Part shown: one piece after another, positions 1 to 9,102 of the stretch
Position numbering within the stretch: the first letter of the stretch is position 1
Layout: every line of letters begins with the position of its first letter
IMG/VR virus record: IMGVR_UViG_3300047403_000141
Location: 1-61,124 of that record
Strand: one strand, 5' to 3'
Source of the DNA: a virus
Lineage: Duplodnaviria; Caudoviricetes
DNA: 61,124 nucleotides
Notes under the pieces: generated by a model
The model's input: only the letters and a program-made list of their open reading frames with translations
What the model was told of the DNA's origin: nothing
Databases searched by the model: none
Position numbers and translations under genes: made by a program

Positions 1-206
1 TTGCTCATCTCCAAGCCGGAAACATCGCGCCCGTTGATCTCGCCCAAGCAGCCATCGGCCCTGGCATGGCCGTCTTCACCCGCTACGAAAAGGTACTCGA
101 TAGCGTCACGGGCAAGGACGTGACCGTGCGCGAAGCGCTCGCCGCCATCAACGACGTGCTTGATGAAGCGCTGGCCGAGCAGGAAGGCGACTTCGACGGC
201 GACACC
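1..206. repeat. Terminal direct repeat, left copy (circular-overlap end)
   Basis: Identical to 60919-61124 except C79 vs T60997. Confidence 0.97.
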
Positions 207-671
207 CGCTGGGCGCTCGCCTGGTTCGAGCAGAACGGCTTCACTGAGGGCGAGTTTGGCGTTGCGGAGACTCTTGCCAAAGCCAAAAACATTGCCATCA
301 GCGCCCTTGCTGATGACGGCATCTTGGAATCCAAGCGCGGCAAGGTCCGTCTGTTCAAGCCGTCCGAGCTGCCAGCGGACTGGGACCCTGCCACAGACAA
401 GCGCCTCACCACCTGGGAGATGGTGCATCATCTGATCCGCCTTCTCGAGGCAGGCGGCGAAAGCGCTGCGGCGGTCCTTGTTGCAAAGCTCGGCAGCAAG
501 GCGGAAGTCGCGCGCGAGCTTGCCTACCGGCTCTACGTCGTCGCCGAACGCAAGAAGCGCGCGGGCGAGGCGCTATCCTACAACGGGCTCGTGCAGAGCT
601 GGCCGGAAATCCAACGCCTGTCGAAAGAGGTGCGCGTCGATACCGCGCCCACGCAAGGCGAGCTGATCTGA
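1..671 (+). CDS. DUF1156 adenine methyltransferase, C-terminal part (continues in frame from 58641 across the origin)
   Basis: ATG66 corresponds to 60984, which is 781 codons in frame from ATG58641; the joined protein is about 982 aa. Confidence 0.9.
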   Translation, partial: AHLQAGNIAPVDLAQAAIGPGMAVFTRYEKVLDSVTGKDVTVREALAAINDVLDEALAEQEGDFDGDTRWALAWFEQNGFTEGEFGVAETLAKAKNIAISALADDGILESKRGKVRLFKPSELPADWDPATDKRLTTWEMVHHLIRLLEAGGESAAAVLVAKLGSKAEVARELAYRLYVVAERKKRAGEALSYNGLVQSWPEIQRLSKEVRVDTAPTQGELI

Positions 672-684
672 GGGGGAACGACAC

Positions 685-3600
685 ATGGCACTCACCAATC
701 ACGAGCGTGTCGGCAAGATGCTAGGCCTCCTCACCGATGGCCTAGCTTCCTACGCCGAGCGCGAGTTGAAGGCATTCTACCGAAACAACTGGTTCCAGGA
801 GGTGAAGCTCGCCCTCTCCGACAACAAACTGCAGATCGCCGGCACGCCAACGGCACCAGAATGGGATGCCGCGGGGCTATTCGCCGTCATCCTAAAGACA
901 TGGGACGATGTATTCCGCCGCACACTCGGCAATTCCGATCGCAGCATGGTTTTCGAGCTGCGCGACACCCGCAACAAGTGGGCGCACCAGAAGCCGTTCT
1001 CCACTGACGATGCCTATCGCGCGCTCGATACGGCGCAGCGGCTGCTGCTCGCCGTCTCCTCGCCGCAGGCCGAGGAGATCGACAAGCTGAAGAACGAGCT
1101 GCTGCGCGTCCGCTTCGACGAGCAGGTTCGCACTGAAAAGCGGAAGGCCGGGGGCACGATCATCGAAGGCCAGACAATCGCTGGCATGAAGCCGTGGCGC
1201 GATGTCGTGGCGCCGCACAAGGACGTCGCCAGTGGCCGCTACCAGCAGGCCGAATTCGCCGCGGATCTCTGGCAGGTGCACCTGGGCGAAGGCTCGGATG
1301 AATACCGCAACCCGGCTGAATTCTTCCGCCGCACCTACCTGACTGAAAGCCTCAAGGGTCTCCTCATCGGCGCAATTAACCGCCTCGCCAAGAACCACGG
1401 CGATCCGGTCGTGCAGCTGCAGACCAACTTCGGCGGCGGCAAGACCCATTCGATGCTGGCGCTCTACCACCTTTTCTCTGGCACGCCGACCAAGGACCTA
1501 CTCGGGCTCGAGGAGGTGATGAAGAATACCGGCGTCTCATCGTTGCCGAAGGTGAAGCGCGTCGTTCTCGTCGGCAATAAGATCTCCCCCGGCAACCCAT
1601 CGAAGAAGCCAGACGGCACTGTCGTGCGCACGCTCTGGGGCGAGCTTGCTTGGCAGCTTGGCGGAAAGAAAGCCTTTGAGCGCATACGTGCGGACGACGA
1701 GAAAGCCACCAGCCCGGGCGACTCTCTACGCGAGCTGTTCAACGACTGCGGGCCGGCCCTGATCCTCATCGACGAATGGGTGGCCTATGCTCGCCAACTG
1801 CACGATCAGGGGGATCTGCCCGGCGGTCCATTCGAGACGCACTTCACGTTTGCGCAAGCGCTGACCGAGTCCGCCAAGCTTGCCAAGCACTGTCTTCTTG
1901 TCATCAGCTTGCCCGCGTCCGATACGTCCGGCTCCCCCCATACCCAGGCCGATGACGTGGAGGTCGGCGGCGAACGTGGTCGCGCGGCGCTGGATCGCCT
2001 CCGCAATGCCGTCGGGCGTGTTGAAGCGTCCTGGCGTCCTGCCAGTGCGGACGAGGGCTTCGAAATCGTGCGGCGACGTCTGTTCGAGCCGCTGATCACC
2101 AAGGATCAGTTCGTCGCGCGCGATGCCGTTGCCAAGGAATTCGCCAACCTTTACCGCACGCAGCATCAGGAGTTCCCGCCGGAGTGCCGGGACTCGATTT
2201 ATGAGCAGCGGCTCAAGGCGGCCTACCCCATTCATCCGGAGCTGTTCGACCGCCTCTACTCCGACTGGTCGACGCTCGTGAAATTCCAGCGCACGCGCGG
2301 CGTGCTGCGCTTAATGGCATCCGTCATCCACTCGCTTTGGGAGAACGGCGACCGCAATCCGCTGATACTGCCCTGCAACATCGCCATCGACGAGCCGCGC
2401 GTGCAGTTCGAGCTCACCCGCTACCTCTCGGACAATTGGGTGCCCGTCTTGGAGAAGGACGTCGACGGGCCGAACTCACTGCCCCGCCGGATCGACGGCG
2501 AGGTGCCGAACCTCGGCCGTGTGGCCGCCTGCCGCCGCATCGCCCGCACGATCTATTTGGGCTCCGCGCCGACCGTGACGGCCGCGAACCGCGGTATCAA
2601 GGATCGACGTGTGAAGCTCGGCTGCGTCATGCCGGGTGAATCGCCCGCAGTGTTCGGCGACGCCCTCCGCCGCATGTCGACGGCAGCAACCTACCTCTAC
2701 GCCGATGCCGCCCGATACTGGTACTCCACCCAGCCGACCGTCACCAAGCTCGCCGAGGACCGCGCCGAGCAGCTCAAGTCCGATCCCGACAAAGTCGTTG
2801 CCGAGATCGAGAAGCGGCTGCGGGATGACCTCAAGAAGGTTGGTGACTTCTCGCGCGTGCATCCCATGCCAGCCACCGGCCAGGATGTCCCAGACGACCT
2901 CGATGCACGGCTCGTAGTGCTTGGGGTCGACCACCCCTATTCCAAGGAACCGGGCAACGCCGCCGAGGTCGAAGCCAAGGCAATCCTCTCTTCGAGAGGC
3001 AATACACCCCGTCTTTACCAGAACTCCCTCGCATTCCTGGCTGTCGACAAAATCAGACTGCAGGATCTCGACGAGGCCGTGCGCCGTTTCATCGCTTGGG
3101 AGACGATCCTCGACGATGCTGGTGTGCTGAATCTGACCGATCACCAGAAGCGACAGGCGAACTCTCAGAAGGAGAGCACCGACAGCGTCGTCAAGGCGCG
3201 CCTTCCGGAGGCCTATCAATGGCTTCTAGTCCCCGTGCAGAACAGCGCCGCCGATCCCGTCAAATGGGAAGCATCCAGATTGAATGGACAAGATCAGCTC
3301 GCGGTGCGCGCAAGCAAGAAGCTCAAGAGTGACGAGCTGCTGTTCGCCGGCTTGTCGTCGAGCCGCCTCAAGATGGAGCTTGACCGCGTTCCACTTTGGC
3401 GCGGCCAGCATGTGCCGATCAAGCAGCTGGTCGAAGACTTCGCGCGCTATCTGTATCTGCCACGTCTGCGGAGCACAGCCGTCCTTCTTGAGGCCATCCG
3501 TGAAGGACTGCGACTGCTCACCTGGGACAAGGACTCCTTCGCCTACGCGGATGGTTTTGACGACAAGGCCGGTCGCTACCGCGGCCTGCGCTGCGGGCAG

Positions 3601-4020
3601 ATGGTGAACGTCACTGAAAACGATCTCACTGGCCTGCTCGTGCATCCAGCACCTGCGAAAACACAGAACGATCTTGAGACCAAATCCAGCGAGCCCGGCA
3701 CCGCCGTACCTGGCTCGCCGGGTCCCGGACCAAAGCCAACAGACCTAACTCCTGGTGCCGGTAACCGGCCGGAAAGCGCACCAAAACTCACGCGCTTCTA
3801 CGGTACCGTCTCCCTCGATCCTGCCCGCGCCGGTCGCGACGCGTCCCGAATTACTGACGAGGTCATTGCTCATCTCTCTGGCCTGGTCGGCTCTGAGGTC
3901 AAAATCACACTTGAAATCGAAGCCAGCATTCCGCAAGGCGCGCCGGACAATGTCGTTCGCACTGTCACCGAGAACAGCCGCACCCTGAAGTTTACGACCC
4001 AGGGGTTCGAGCAGGCATGA
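685..4020 (+). CDS. DUF499 family ATPase with N-terminal Swt1-like HEPN domain (BREX-related defence ATPase)
   Basis: 1111 aa; HEPN RxxxxH motif RNKWAH; Walker A LQTNFGGGKTHS; Walker B LILIDE; AYPIHP and FQRTRGVLR motifs; downstream of DUF1156. Confidence 0.9.
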   Translation: MALTNHERVGKMLGLLTDGLASYAERELKAFYRNNWFQEVKLALSDNKLQIAGTPTAPEWDAAGLFAVILKTWDDVFRRTLGNSDRSMVFELRDTRNKWAHQKPFSTDDAYRALDTAQRLLLAVSSPQAEEIDKLKNELLRVRFDEQVRTEKRKAGGTIIEGQTIAGMKPWRDVVAPHKDVASGRYQQAEFAADLWQVHLGEGSDEYRNPAEFFRRTYLTESLKGLLIGAINRLAKNHGDPVVQLQTNFGGGKTHSMLALYHLFSGTPTKDLLGLEEVMKNTGVSSLPKVKRVVLVGNKISPGNPSKKPDGTVVRTLWGELAWQLGGKKAFERIRADDEKATSPGDSLRELFNDCGPALILIDEWVAYARQLHDQGDLPGGPFETHFTFAQALTESAKLAKHCLLVISLPASDTSGSPHTQADDVEVGGERGRAALDRLRNAVGRVEASWRPASADEGFEIVRRRLFEPLITKDQFVARDAVAKEFANLYRTQHQEFPPECRDSIYEQRLKAAYPIHPELFDRLYSDWSTLVKFQRTRGVLRLMASVIHSLWENGDRNPLILPCNIAIDEPRVQFELTRYLSDNWVPVLEKDVDGPNSLPRRIDGEVPNLGRVAACRRIARTIYLGSAPTVTAANRGIKDRRVKLGCVMPGESPAVFGDALRRMSTAATYLYADAARYWYSTQPTVTKLAEDRAEQLKSDPDKVVAEIEKRLRDDLKKVGDFSRVHPMPATGQDVPDDLDARLVVLGVDHPYSKEPGNAAEVEAKAILSSRGNTPRLYQNSLAFLAVDKIRLQDLDEAVRRFIAWETILDDAGVLNLTDHQKRQANSQKESTDSVVKARLPEAYQWLLVPVQNSAADPVKWEASRLNGQDQLAVRASKKLKSDELLFAGLSSSRLKMELDRVPLWRGQHVPIKQLVEDFARYLYLPRLRSTAVLLEAIREGLRLLTWDKDSFAYADGFDDKAGRYRGLRCGQMVNVTENDLTGLLVHPAPAKTQNDLETKSSEPGTAVPGSPGPGPKPTDLTPGAGNRPESAPKLTRFYGTVSLDPARAGRDASRITDEVIAHLSGLVGSEVKITLEIEASIPQGAPDNVVRTVTENSRTLKFTTQGFEQA

Positions 4021-4220
4021 CCAAGCCAACGGATGTCCTTGACCGTACAGATCCTGGCGACGACGTCTTGAGGCGATTTCGTTTCCAGATCGGATACGCC
4101 GCGCTCAAAGCCATCACCTTGCTCGATCCCGCGAGCTTGGCTTCGTGCATCTACGGCAATGGTGCCGCGCGGCAGGCCAGCCTCTGCGATCTTGTCGCCC
4201 AATTCGAGCGAAACCCATAG
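4017..4220 (+). pseudogene. Truncated or chimeric ORF: N-terminus of a DUF4297/Cap4-like nuclease fused at about 4155 to unrelated sequence
   Basis: ATGA overlap with DUF499 stop; DPGDDVLRRFRFQ...CIY resembles the family N-terminus but the expected acidic catalytic motif does not follow. Confidence 0.55.
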
Positions 4221-4235
4221 TCAACAGGAGGCCGC

Positions 4236-4412
4236 ATGTCCGCGAGAACCAGACTCTTTTTCCTTCTGCTGGCGGGGCACACGGCGTTTGCTTGGGGGTG
4301 GTCGTTTGGTCTGGTGGCGCCAGTGCATGAATTTGGCGCGGCGGTCCTGGTTGGGATTGGTCTGCTCGTGTCGCTGGTCGCTTCCCTAGCGTCACACCTA
4401 TCCGACAAGTAG
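4236..4412 (+). CDS. Small two-TM membrane protein (58 aa, not in the ORF track)
   Basis: CAGGAGG RBS; MSARTRLFFLLLAGHTAFAWGWSFGLVAPVHEFGAAVLVGIGLLVSLVASLASHLSDK. Confidence 0.6.
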   Translation: MSARTRLFFLLLAGHTAFAWGWSFGLVAPVHEFGAAVLVGIGLLVSLVASLASHLSDK

Positions 4413-4459
4413 GAGAACGGCCACGCCCCGACCCCCGCATTCGAATCCGCGCCTAAGGC

Positions 4460-4822
4460 TCACGACTGCGCCTGCACGTCCCCTCTGCACCGATCCATCG
4501 CCGATCCTGCCCGCTCGATGACGTCTGACTTCCGGTCCTCCGAAGCTTCCAAGGCCAGGACGTAGCGCCGACCATGATCTCGCGACACCGCTGGCGTGCC
4601 GTCTCGGTCGACCACCGTCGGCTTCGGGCGCGCTGTGACCCTGTCCCCTTCCGCGCGATCGGCCGCGCTCATGGGCGGACACCGCTCCCGGATTCGGGAG
4701 AGGATCGTCGCCTCGTCAGCGACCGCCGCCGCCACTGGCGCCACTGGCGCTTGCGCCGCGGTCCCGCAGCCGGCGAGCACGAAACAGAGGATCATCGGCA
4801 CGCCAGAGCGGATCAGCCGCAT
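4460..4822 (-). CDS. o-spanin (Rz1-like lipoprotein)
   Basis: Lipobox ILCFVLAG-C; overlaps the 3' end of the i-spanin. Confidence 0.75.
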   Translation of the reverse strand: MRLIRSGVPMILCFVLAGCGTAAQAPVAPVAAAVADEATILSRIRERCPPMSAADRAEGDRVTARPKPTVVDRDGTPAVSRDHGRRYVLALEASEDRKSDVIERAGSAMDRCRGDVQAQS

Positions 4823-5147
4823 CCGGGCGTTTCGCGAGGTCGTCGAGCAGCTCAGCATTCTTGGCCTCGATGGATTCGATTTTGCGGCGAGCGTCCTGGG
4901 CGGCACGATCGCGTTCGGCGATCTCCGCTTCCCGGGCGCGGTTGTCGTTGGCGAGGGCGGCGTTCGCCGCGGCAAGGTCGGCCTTCTCCCGCGCGAGCGC
5001 GATCATCCGCTGATGATTGTCGCATTGGGCCTCGGCCTCGTGCCGTGCGTCGGCACGGAGCCAGAGCACGCCGACGACCGCGAGCACGGCAACGAGCCCC
5101 GTCCCGAGCGCGGCTGCTCGGGCGGGGCTGGCGATGAGCCAAAGCAT
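4716..5147 (-). CDS. i-spanin (Rz-like)
   Basis: N-terminal TM helix followed by coiled coil; GGAG RBS; overlapping lipoprotein gene. Confidence 0.75.
   Translation of the reverse strand: MLWLIASPARAAALGTGLVAVLAVVGVLWLRADARHEAEAQCDNHQRMIALAREKADLAAANAALANDNRAREAEIAERDRAAQDARRKIESIEAKNAELLDDLAKRPDAADPLWRADDPLFRARRLRDRGASASGASGGGGR
4730..4749. repeat. 20-bp palindromic motif CGCCASTGGCGCCASTGGCG, copy 1 of 5
   Basis: Other copies at 16028-16047, 16157-16176, 25398-25417 and 34160-34179. Confidence 0.85.
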
Positions 5148-5181
5148 GGGGTCTCCCTGTTGAGTTCACGTTCTTGTTGCG

Positions 5182-5273
5182 GTATGCCGCTTGACATACG
5201 TCCGATTACTCGCGGCTGATCACGAAATCGTGGCTGTATGCCAGTTGACATACGCGACACGAAGCGCTATATT
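5182..5273 (+). promoter_or_regulatory. Sigma70 promoter with two palindromic operators
   Basis: TTGACA(5245)-17 bp-TATATT(5268); GTATG-N8-CATAC at 5182-5199 and 5236-5253. Confidence 0.8.
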
Positions 5274-5319
5274 GTGATCATCGACAACGGCAATGCGCCA
5301 ACCCGAAAGGACGAAGACC

Positions 5320-5625
5320 ATGACCGCATACGAAGTGATCGCCAGCAACAAGTGGTTTTTCCAGCGGCTTGTTGTTCTCGCGGATAGCGAGGCAGACGCC
5401 GCGGCGAAGTTCCGCGCGCGCCTCTCCAATCCTGCCTCTATCGCTCACGAGGAATATGAGTGGGAGCAGACGCGGCAACTCGAAGACGACGACCCGGTCA
5501 GCGAGCGCAGTGAGTACACGTACAGCTTCGACTCGCACCGCGTCGAGGAATTCGACGGCGACCCGAAGTGGCTTGGCGAGCCGACCGCCGACGTTCAGAT
5601 GATCAGCTCCGGCGGCAACGGTTGA
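5320..5625 (+). CDS. Hypothetical acidic protein (moron gene 1)
   Basis: AAGGA RBS; directly after the promoter. Confidence 0.7.
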   Translation: MTAYEVIASNKWFFQRLVVLADSEADAAAKFRARLSNPASIAHEEYEWEQTRQLEDDDPVSERSEYTYSFDSHRVEEFDGDPKWLGEPTADVQMISSGGNG

Positions 5626-5629
5626 TCGC

Positions 5630-5839
5630 ATGACCCCGCACCAACTGGCCCGAGCGCGCGAGCGTCTCGGGCTTACTCTCGAACAGATGGCAACGATGCT
5701 CGGCTACGAGGGCGTGCAGCGTCGGCAGATGCAGTACGATCTCGAGGTCGGACGCAAGCGCATCCGAGAGCCTCAACGGCGCCTCGTCAATGCCTACCTC
5801 GCTGGATACAGGCCCACGGACTGGCCCGCGAAAGCATGA
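5630..5839 (+). CDS. XRE-family HTH protein (moron gene 2)
   Basis: LARARERLGLTLEQMATMLG...DLEVG. Confidence 0.85.
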   Translation: MTPHQLARARERLGLTLEQMATMLGYEGVQRRQMQYDLEVGRKRIREPQRRLVNAYLAGYRPTDWPAKA

Positions 5840-5848
5840 GGAACGACC

Positions 5849-6121
5849 ATGTTTCACACCTACATTGCCGCGTCGTCCGGCCGACAGATCGACATCGATC
5901 GCGCCCGTCTCGAAGCCGACGAGCAGCTTTGGCGCGACGCCGCGGCCGCCGTCATTCGTGAAACTTGCCCGCAAGGGTTCAATCCATTCGACGTCGCCGC
6001 CGCCGAGCGCATCCACGGATCGACCGTCGCGCAACGCACGTGGTGGCGCTATTGCGTTCACCATCTCCGCAAGTACGGTGCGGCCTTCGAGCCCGACGTG
6101 TCGCCAACCTGGGATCAGTAG
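5849..6121 (+). CDS. Hypothetical protein (moron gene 3)
   Basis: GAGGA RBS; co-oriented with the two upstream genes. Confidence 0.7.
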   Translation: MFHTYIAASSGRQIDIDRARLEADEQLWRDAAAAVIRETCPQGFNPFDVAAAERIHGSTVAQRTWWRYCVHHLRKYGAAFEPDVSPTWDQ

Positions 6122-6987
6122 TCGGCTTCCGGTCGGCGGGCGAGCCCGTAGCCAATCCCGGCCCCGCCGACCCCAGCCATCAGGTTGCGGCTCGACGCCT
6201 TCGCCGGGTCGAAGGCCGCGCCGGCAAGACGGATGCCGTCTCCCGTCAGCATCCGAACGTCACCAGCCCCCGTGTCGATGGCCGTGATCCCTGCCCTCTT
6301 GTAGAGAGCCTCGGCGCCCGCCGAGTTACGGTCAATGATCTGGCGCAGATGCGGGGCCTCGAAGACGGGGTGATCCGGCATCCGCTGCGCGAATACACGC
6401 CACCAGTCGAGATTGCGACCCGTCGCCACCATGTCGGCGAGGTCGAGGGCCGCTTTCGGGTTGTCCTGGTGCAACGCATCAAGCACCCGCTGGAACTGTC
6501 GGGCAGTCACCGGGCGCGCATTGGAGAGCGTTGCATCCGGGTCGAGACGCAACCTGAACTCCCGCGGCTCCCCTCCGCCTTGAGCCGCAAACCCTGCCGC
6601 AGTCTCTCGGTCGCGAGCGAAGTGTGCCGGCTCCCCGAGCTTCGGCGCCGAACCGCTTTTCTCGCCACGCCAGAACGGCTCGTCGGCGTAGCCCATGGCC
6701 CGAGCGCGATCCATGCGGCTCGCCTCGTCCATCGGCAGCTTTTTGAAGCCACCGCGCGGCGCCCGAACGGCGCCCGGGCCAACGAACTGCGAGAGCAGCA
6801 TTCCTGTATCGAGCGCGCCTTCCCCAAACTACCGCCACCTGCTCGGCGGCGGCGCCATGACGCCGTGCACATCCGGGTCGTGCACGGCCGGGTCTGTGCC
6901 GTCGAAACGCGGTGACCGACGGGCATCGATGTTTGCAGGGCCGGCCATGGCGGCAATGATGCGGTCCCGCGCGGTCAGGTCTGCCAT
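6115..6987 (-). pseudogene. ART-PolyVal-like (ADP-ribosyltransferase-like) protein with N-terminal RDRII tag, interrupted by an in-frame TAG at 6829-6831
   Basis: ORFs 6829-6987 and 6115-6801 share a frame; LPMDEASRMDRARAMGY...FWRG...HFA...IRLAGAAFDP resembles ART domains of polyvalent proteins. Confidence 0.6.
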
Positions 6988-6991
6988 GATG

Positions 6992-7945
6992 CTACCCCTG
7001 GACGGCTTTCCGCCGCCTCTCCATGACCAGATAGATTGCGGCGAACAGGGCGGCCATCCCGAGGCCAACGGACGTCACTCGGAGCGGGTCGACCCCCGCC
7101 GTCAGATGCAGGTCGCCCGCCAGGCGCGCCCCTTTGACGAGCTGCTCGGCGATGGCGTTCAGCCCTTGCAGCAGCAACGCCACGGCCGCCACGGCGGCCA
7201 CTACTGCCGACCATACCGTGGTGCTCGCCTGGACCTCGCGCGTCTCGGGTAGCACGACCGCCTTCGCCGAGCGCTTGGCGTCGGTCTCGGTCGGGGCCTC
7301 GTCCTGATCGAGGGCCGCAATGCCGAGCATGCGCGCCGGTCCGGCGTCTGCCACCGGCGCCACCGGTGCGAGGTCACCGAGGGCCAGCGCCTCGGTCTCG
7401 TCGACCCGTCGCAGCCAACCCGTGCCGAAATAGCGGAAGTCGCCGAGGGAGCGCAAGAACGCCCGCCGCTCGGCCGCGATTCCCGCAACGACCCGGCGCG
7501 GGTCGGCGTGCGCGGCGGCCGTCAACGTCACCTGCCCGACAATCCCGTCATCGGTGGTTCCGAGCTCGCGTTGCAGCACCTTCGCCGCCCGGCCAATGCC
7601 CGAGTTCACCGCGTAGTCGAAGACGGCGAAGTCGATGCCGCAAGGCAGCTTTCCGGCCTGAACCGGCATCCAGTAGCGGACGAGGTAGATGTGATCGCGC
7701 TCGTCGTCGGTGAGCGCCCGGAGAGCGTCGTAGAAGCGGACGAACCTCGGGTCGGTGCGGATGTGGCGGCCGGGCTTGCGTCGGGTGCCAGGGGCGCGCG
7801 GCAGCGGCGGCTCGCCACGAAACGTCGCGAGGACGTCGATGGTGATCCCTTGGTTCGTCGGCCCTCCGTTGTCGTTGGGGTCGTCGGACCAGCCGCCTTC
7901 CTGGCGCAGAACGCGCGCGAGGCATTCTCCGAATCGATCGGTCAT
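6992..7945 (-). CDS. Endolysin, glycoside hydrolase family 108 with PG-binding domain and two C-terminal TM helices
   Basis: EGGWSDDPNDNGGPTNQGIT; FDYAVNSG; DGIVG; FGTGWLRRV. Confidence 0.92.
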   Translation of the reverse strand: MTDRFGECLARVLRQEGGWSDDPNDNGGPTNQGITIDVLATFRGEPPLPRAPGTRRKPGRHIRTDPRFVRFYDALRALTDDERDHIYLVRYWMPVQAGKLPCGIDFAVFDYAVNSGIGRAAKVLQRELGTTDDGIVGQVTLTAAAHADPRRVVAGIAAERRAFLRSLGDFRYFGTGWLRRVDETEALALGDLAPVAPVADAGPARMLGIAALDQDEAPTETDAKRSAKAVVLPETREVQASTTVWSAVVAAVAAVALLLQGLNAIAEQLVKGARLAGDLHLTAGVDPLRVTSVGLGMAALFAAIYLVMERRRKAVQG

Positions 7946-8055
7946 GGCGCTCCCGTGTAGATGAGCTTGATCAGCGCCGGCTTGGTCTGAACGTGGGTGA
8001 CAACGGCGATGGCGCCAAGGCCGATCGCCAGGACAGCCGCCGCCCACGCCACCAT
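7942..8055 (-). CDS. Small TM peptide (37 aa), holin/antiholin candidate
   Basis: TGATG overlap upstream and ATGA overlap with the endolysin; one hydrophobic helix. Confidence 0.5.
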   Translation of the reverse strand: MVAWAAAVLAIGLGAIAVVTHVQTKPALIKLIYTGAP

Positions 8056-8294
8056 CAAAGCCCGAGGAGCTTGACGACCAGGTCCGGACGCCACCATGCC
8101 AGGGCGCCGAGCAGGACCAACGCGACCGGCCACGGAAGCTGCCCGATTGACGTCTTGACCGACCCCATTTGCGGGGCGTCCTCCAACTGGTCCAGACGGT
8201 CCTCGTGGTGGTCGAGACGCCACGTCACGAAAGACGGGTGGTGGCGGATTTCCTCGGGCAATGTTTCGAACGGCCGCCGTGATGGCTCCTTCAT
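8055..8294 (-). CDS. Small membrane protein, holin candidate
   Basis: Short coiled coil plus C-terminal TM helix; upstream of the endolysin. Confidence 0.55.
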   Translation of the reverse strand: MKEPSRRPFETLPEEIRHHPSFVTWRLDHHEDRLDQLEDAPQMGSVKTSIGQLPWPVALVLLGALAWWRPDLVVKLLGL

Positions 8295-8320
8295 CGGGCA
8301 TCCTGTGGGTCTCCTGCCTC

Positions 8321-8551
8321 TCAGGCCGATCCAAGCCGACCGATGTCGGCGATGAGTTGCCGGATCTCGGCCAGGTCTCCGCGCATCGTGTCGACATCAC
8401 CGGCAAGCGCACGCTGGTGCTCGCCGAGCACGGCCGTGGCCTCGGCGAGCTCGCGCAACGGGCCGTCGGGCTGCGGCGTCTCTCGGATGATCGTCGTGCG
8501 GGACTCGCGGGCGCGCCGGCGCCGCGCCAGAGCCAGCATCGGGTCGTCCAT
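8321..8551 (-). CDS. Hypothetical coiled-coil protein
   Basis: TGATG coupling; GAGGTGG RBS. Confidence 0.6.
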   Translation of the reverse strand: MDDPMLALARRRRARESRTTIIRETPQPDGPLRELAEATAVLGEHQRALAGDVDTMRGDLAEIRQLIADIGRLGSA

Positions 8552-9102
8552 CACCACCTCACCGCACGCGCGGCGGCTTCGATCGCACTGGCCGTCGCCG
8601 CCGCGCGAATCGCGGCTTTCGCGTCGCGTCGCGTGCGCTCGATCGAGGCGACCGCAATGCGGTGGGCATTGGCCGCCTCGACGACACGACGCGCACACGC
8701 GACGAGGTCCGGGCCGTCGTGCCGGATCCCCATGGCGAGAAGCGGCGCAGCGGCCACGTCCGCGTTGGCCGCTGCGACTTCCTCTGGAGAGGCCTGGCCG
8801 TCGCCGTTGACGTCGACTCGGTCGAGTACGTTGCGCGCCTCTTCGAGCTTCAGCGCGTGGGTCGCCGTACTCGATGGCGCACGGCGCGCGGCCTCCGCGT
8901 CGATCAGGTCGAGATAGTAGCGCCGGACGGGTTCGGGATCGCGCTCCGGGGCCGGGACGATCGTCACCGTGCCGGCGCGGATCGCCTCTGCCAGCTCGCG
9001 ATGCAACGGCGCACTGTCCTCGACGCCGGGGCGGACGACGTAGGGCGTGCCGTCGGCGAGGATGGCGACATAGGTGCCGTCGCCGTGGTCTGAAACGATC
9101 AT
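8551..9102 (-). CDS. Probable tail-fibre assembly chaperone with EF-hand-like loop
   Basis: ATGA overlap with the fibre gene; helical C-terminus; DVNGDGQASPEE. Confidence 0.6.
   Translation of the reverse strand: MIVSDHGDGTYVAILADGTPYVVRPGVEDSAPLHRELAEAIRAGTVTIVPAPERDPEPVRRYYLDLIDAEAARRAPSSTATHALKLEEARNVLDRVDVNGDGQASPEEVAAANADVAAAPLLAMGIRHDGPDLVACARRVVEAANAHRIAVASIERTRRDAKAAIRAAATASAIEAAARAVRW

Noticed and set aside
1-206. Biological phage terminal repeats
   Set aside because: The repeat lies mid-gene in the methylase; it is more simply an assembly overlap of a circular or permuted molecule
6829-6831. Genome-wide TAG reassignment
   Set aside because: TAG terminates terL, the integrase and 10177-10899 normally, and no suppressor tRNA was seen
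7942-8301. Single 119-aa ORF MPDEGAIT...
   Set aside because: Two coupled small TM ORFs (8055-8294 and 7942-8055) explain the region better, though the long form cannot be fully excluded
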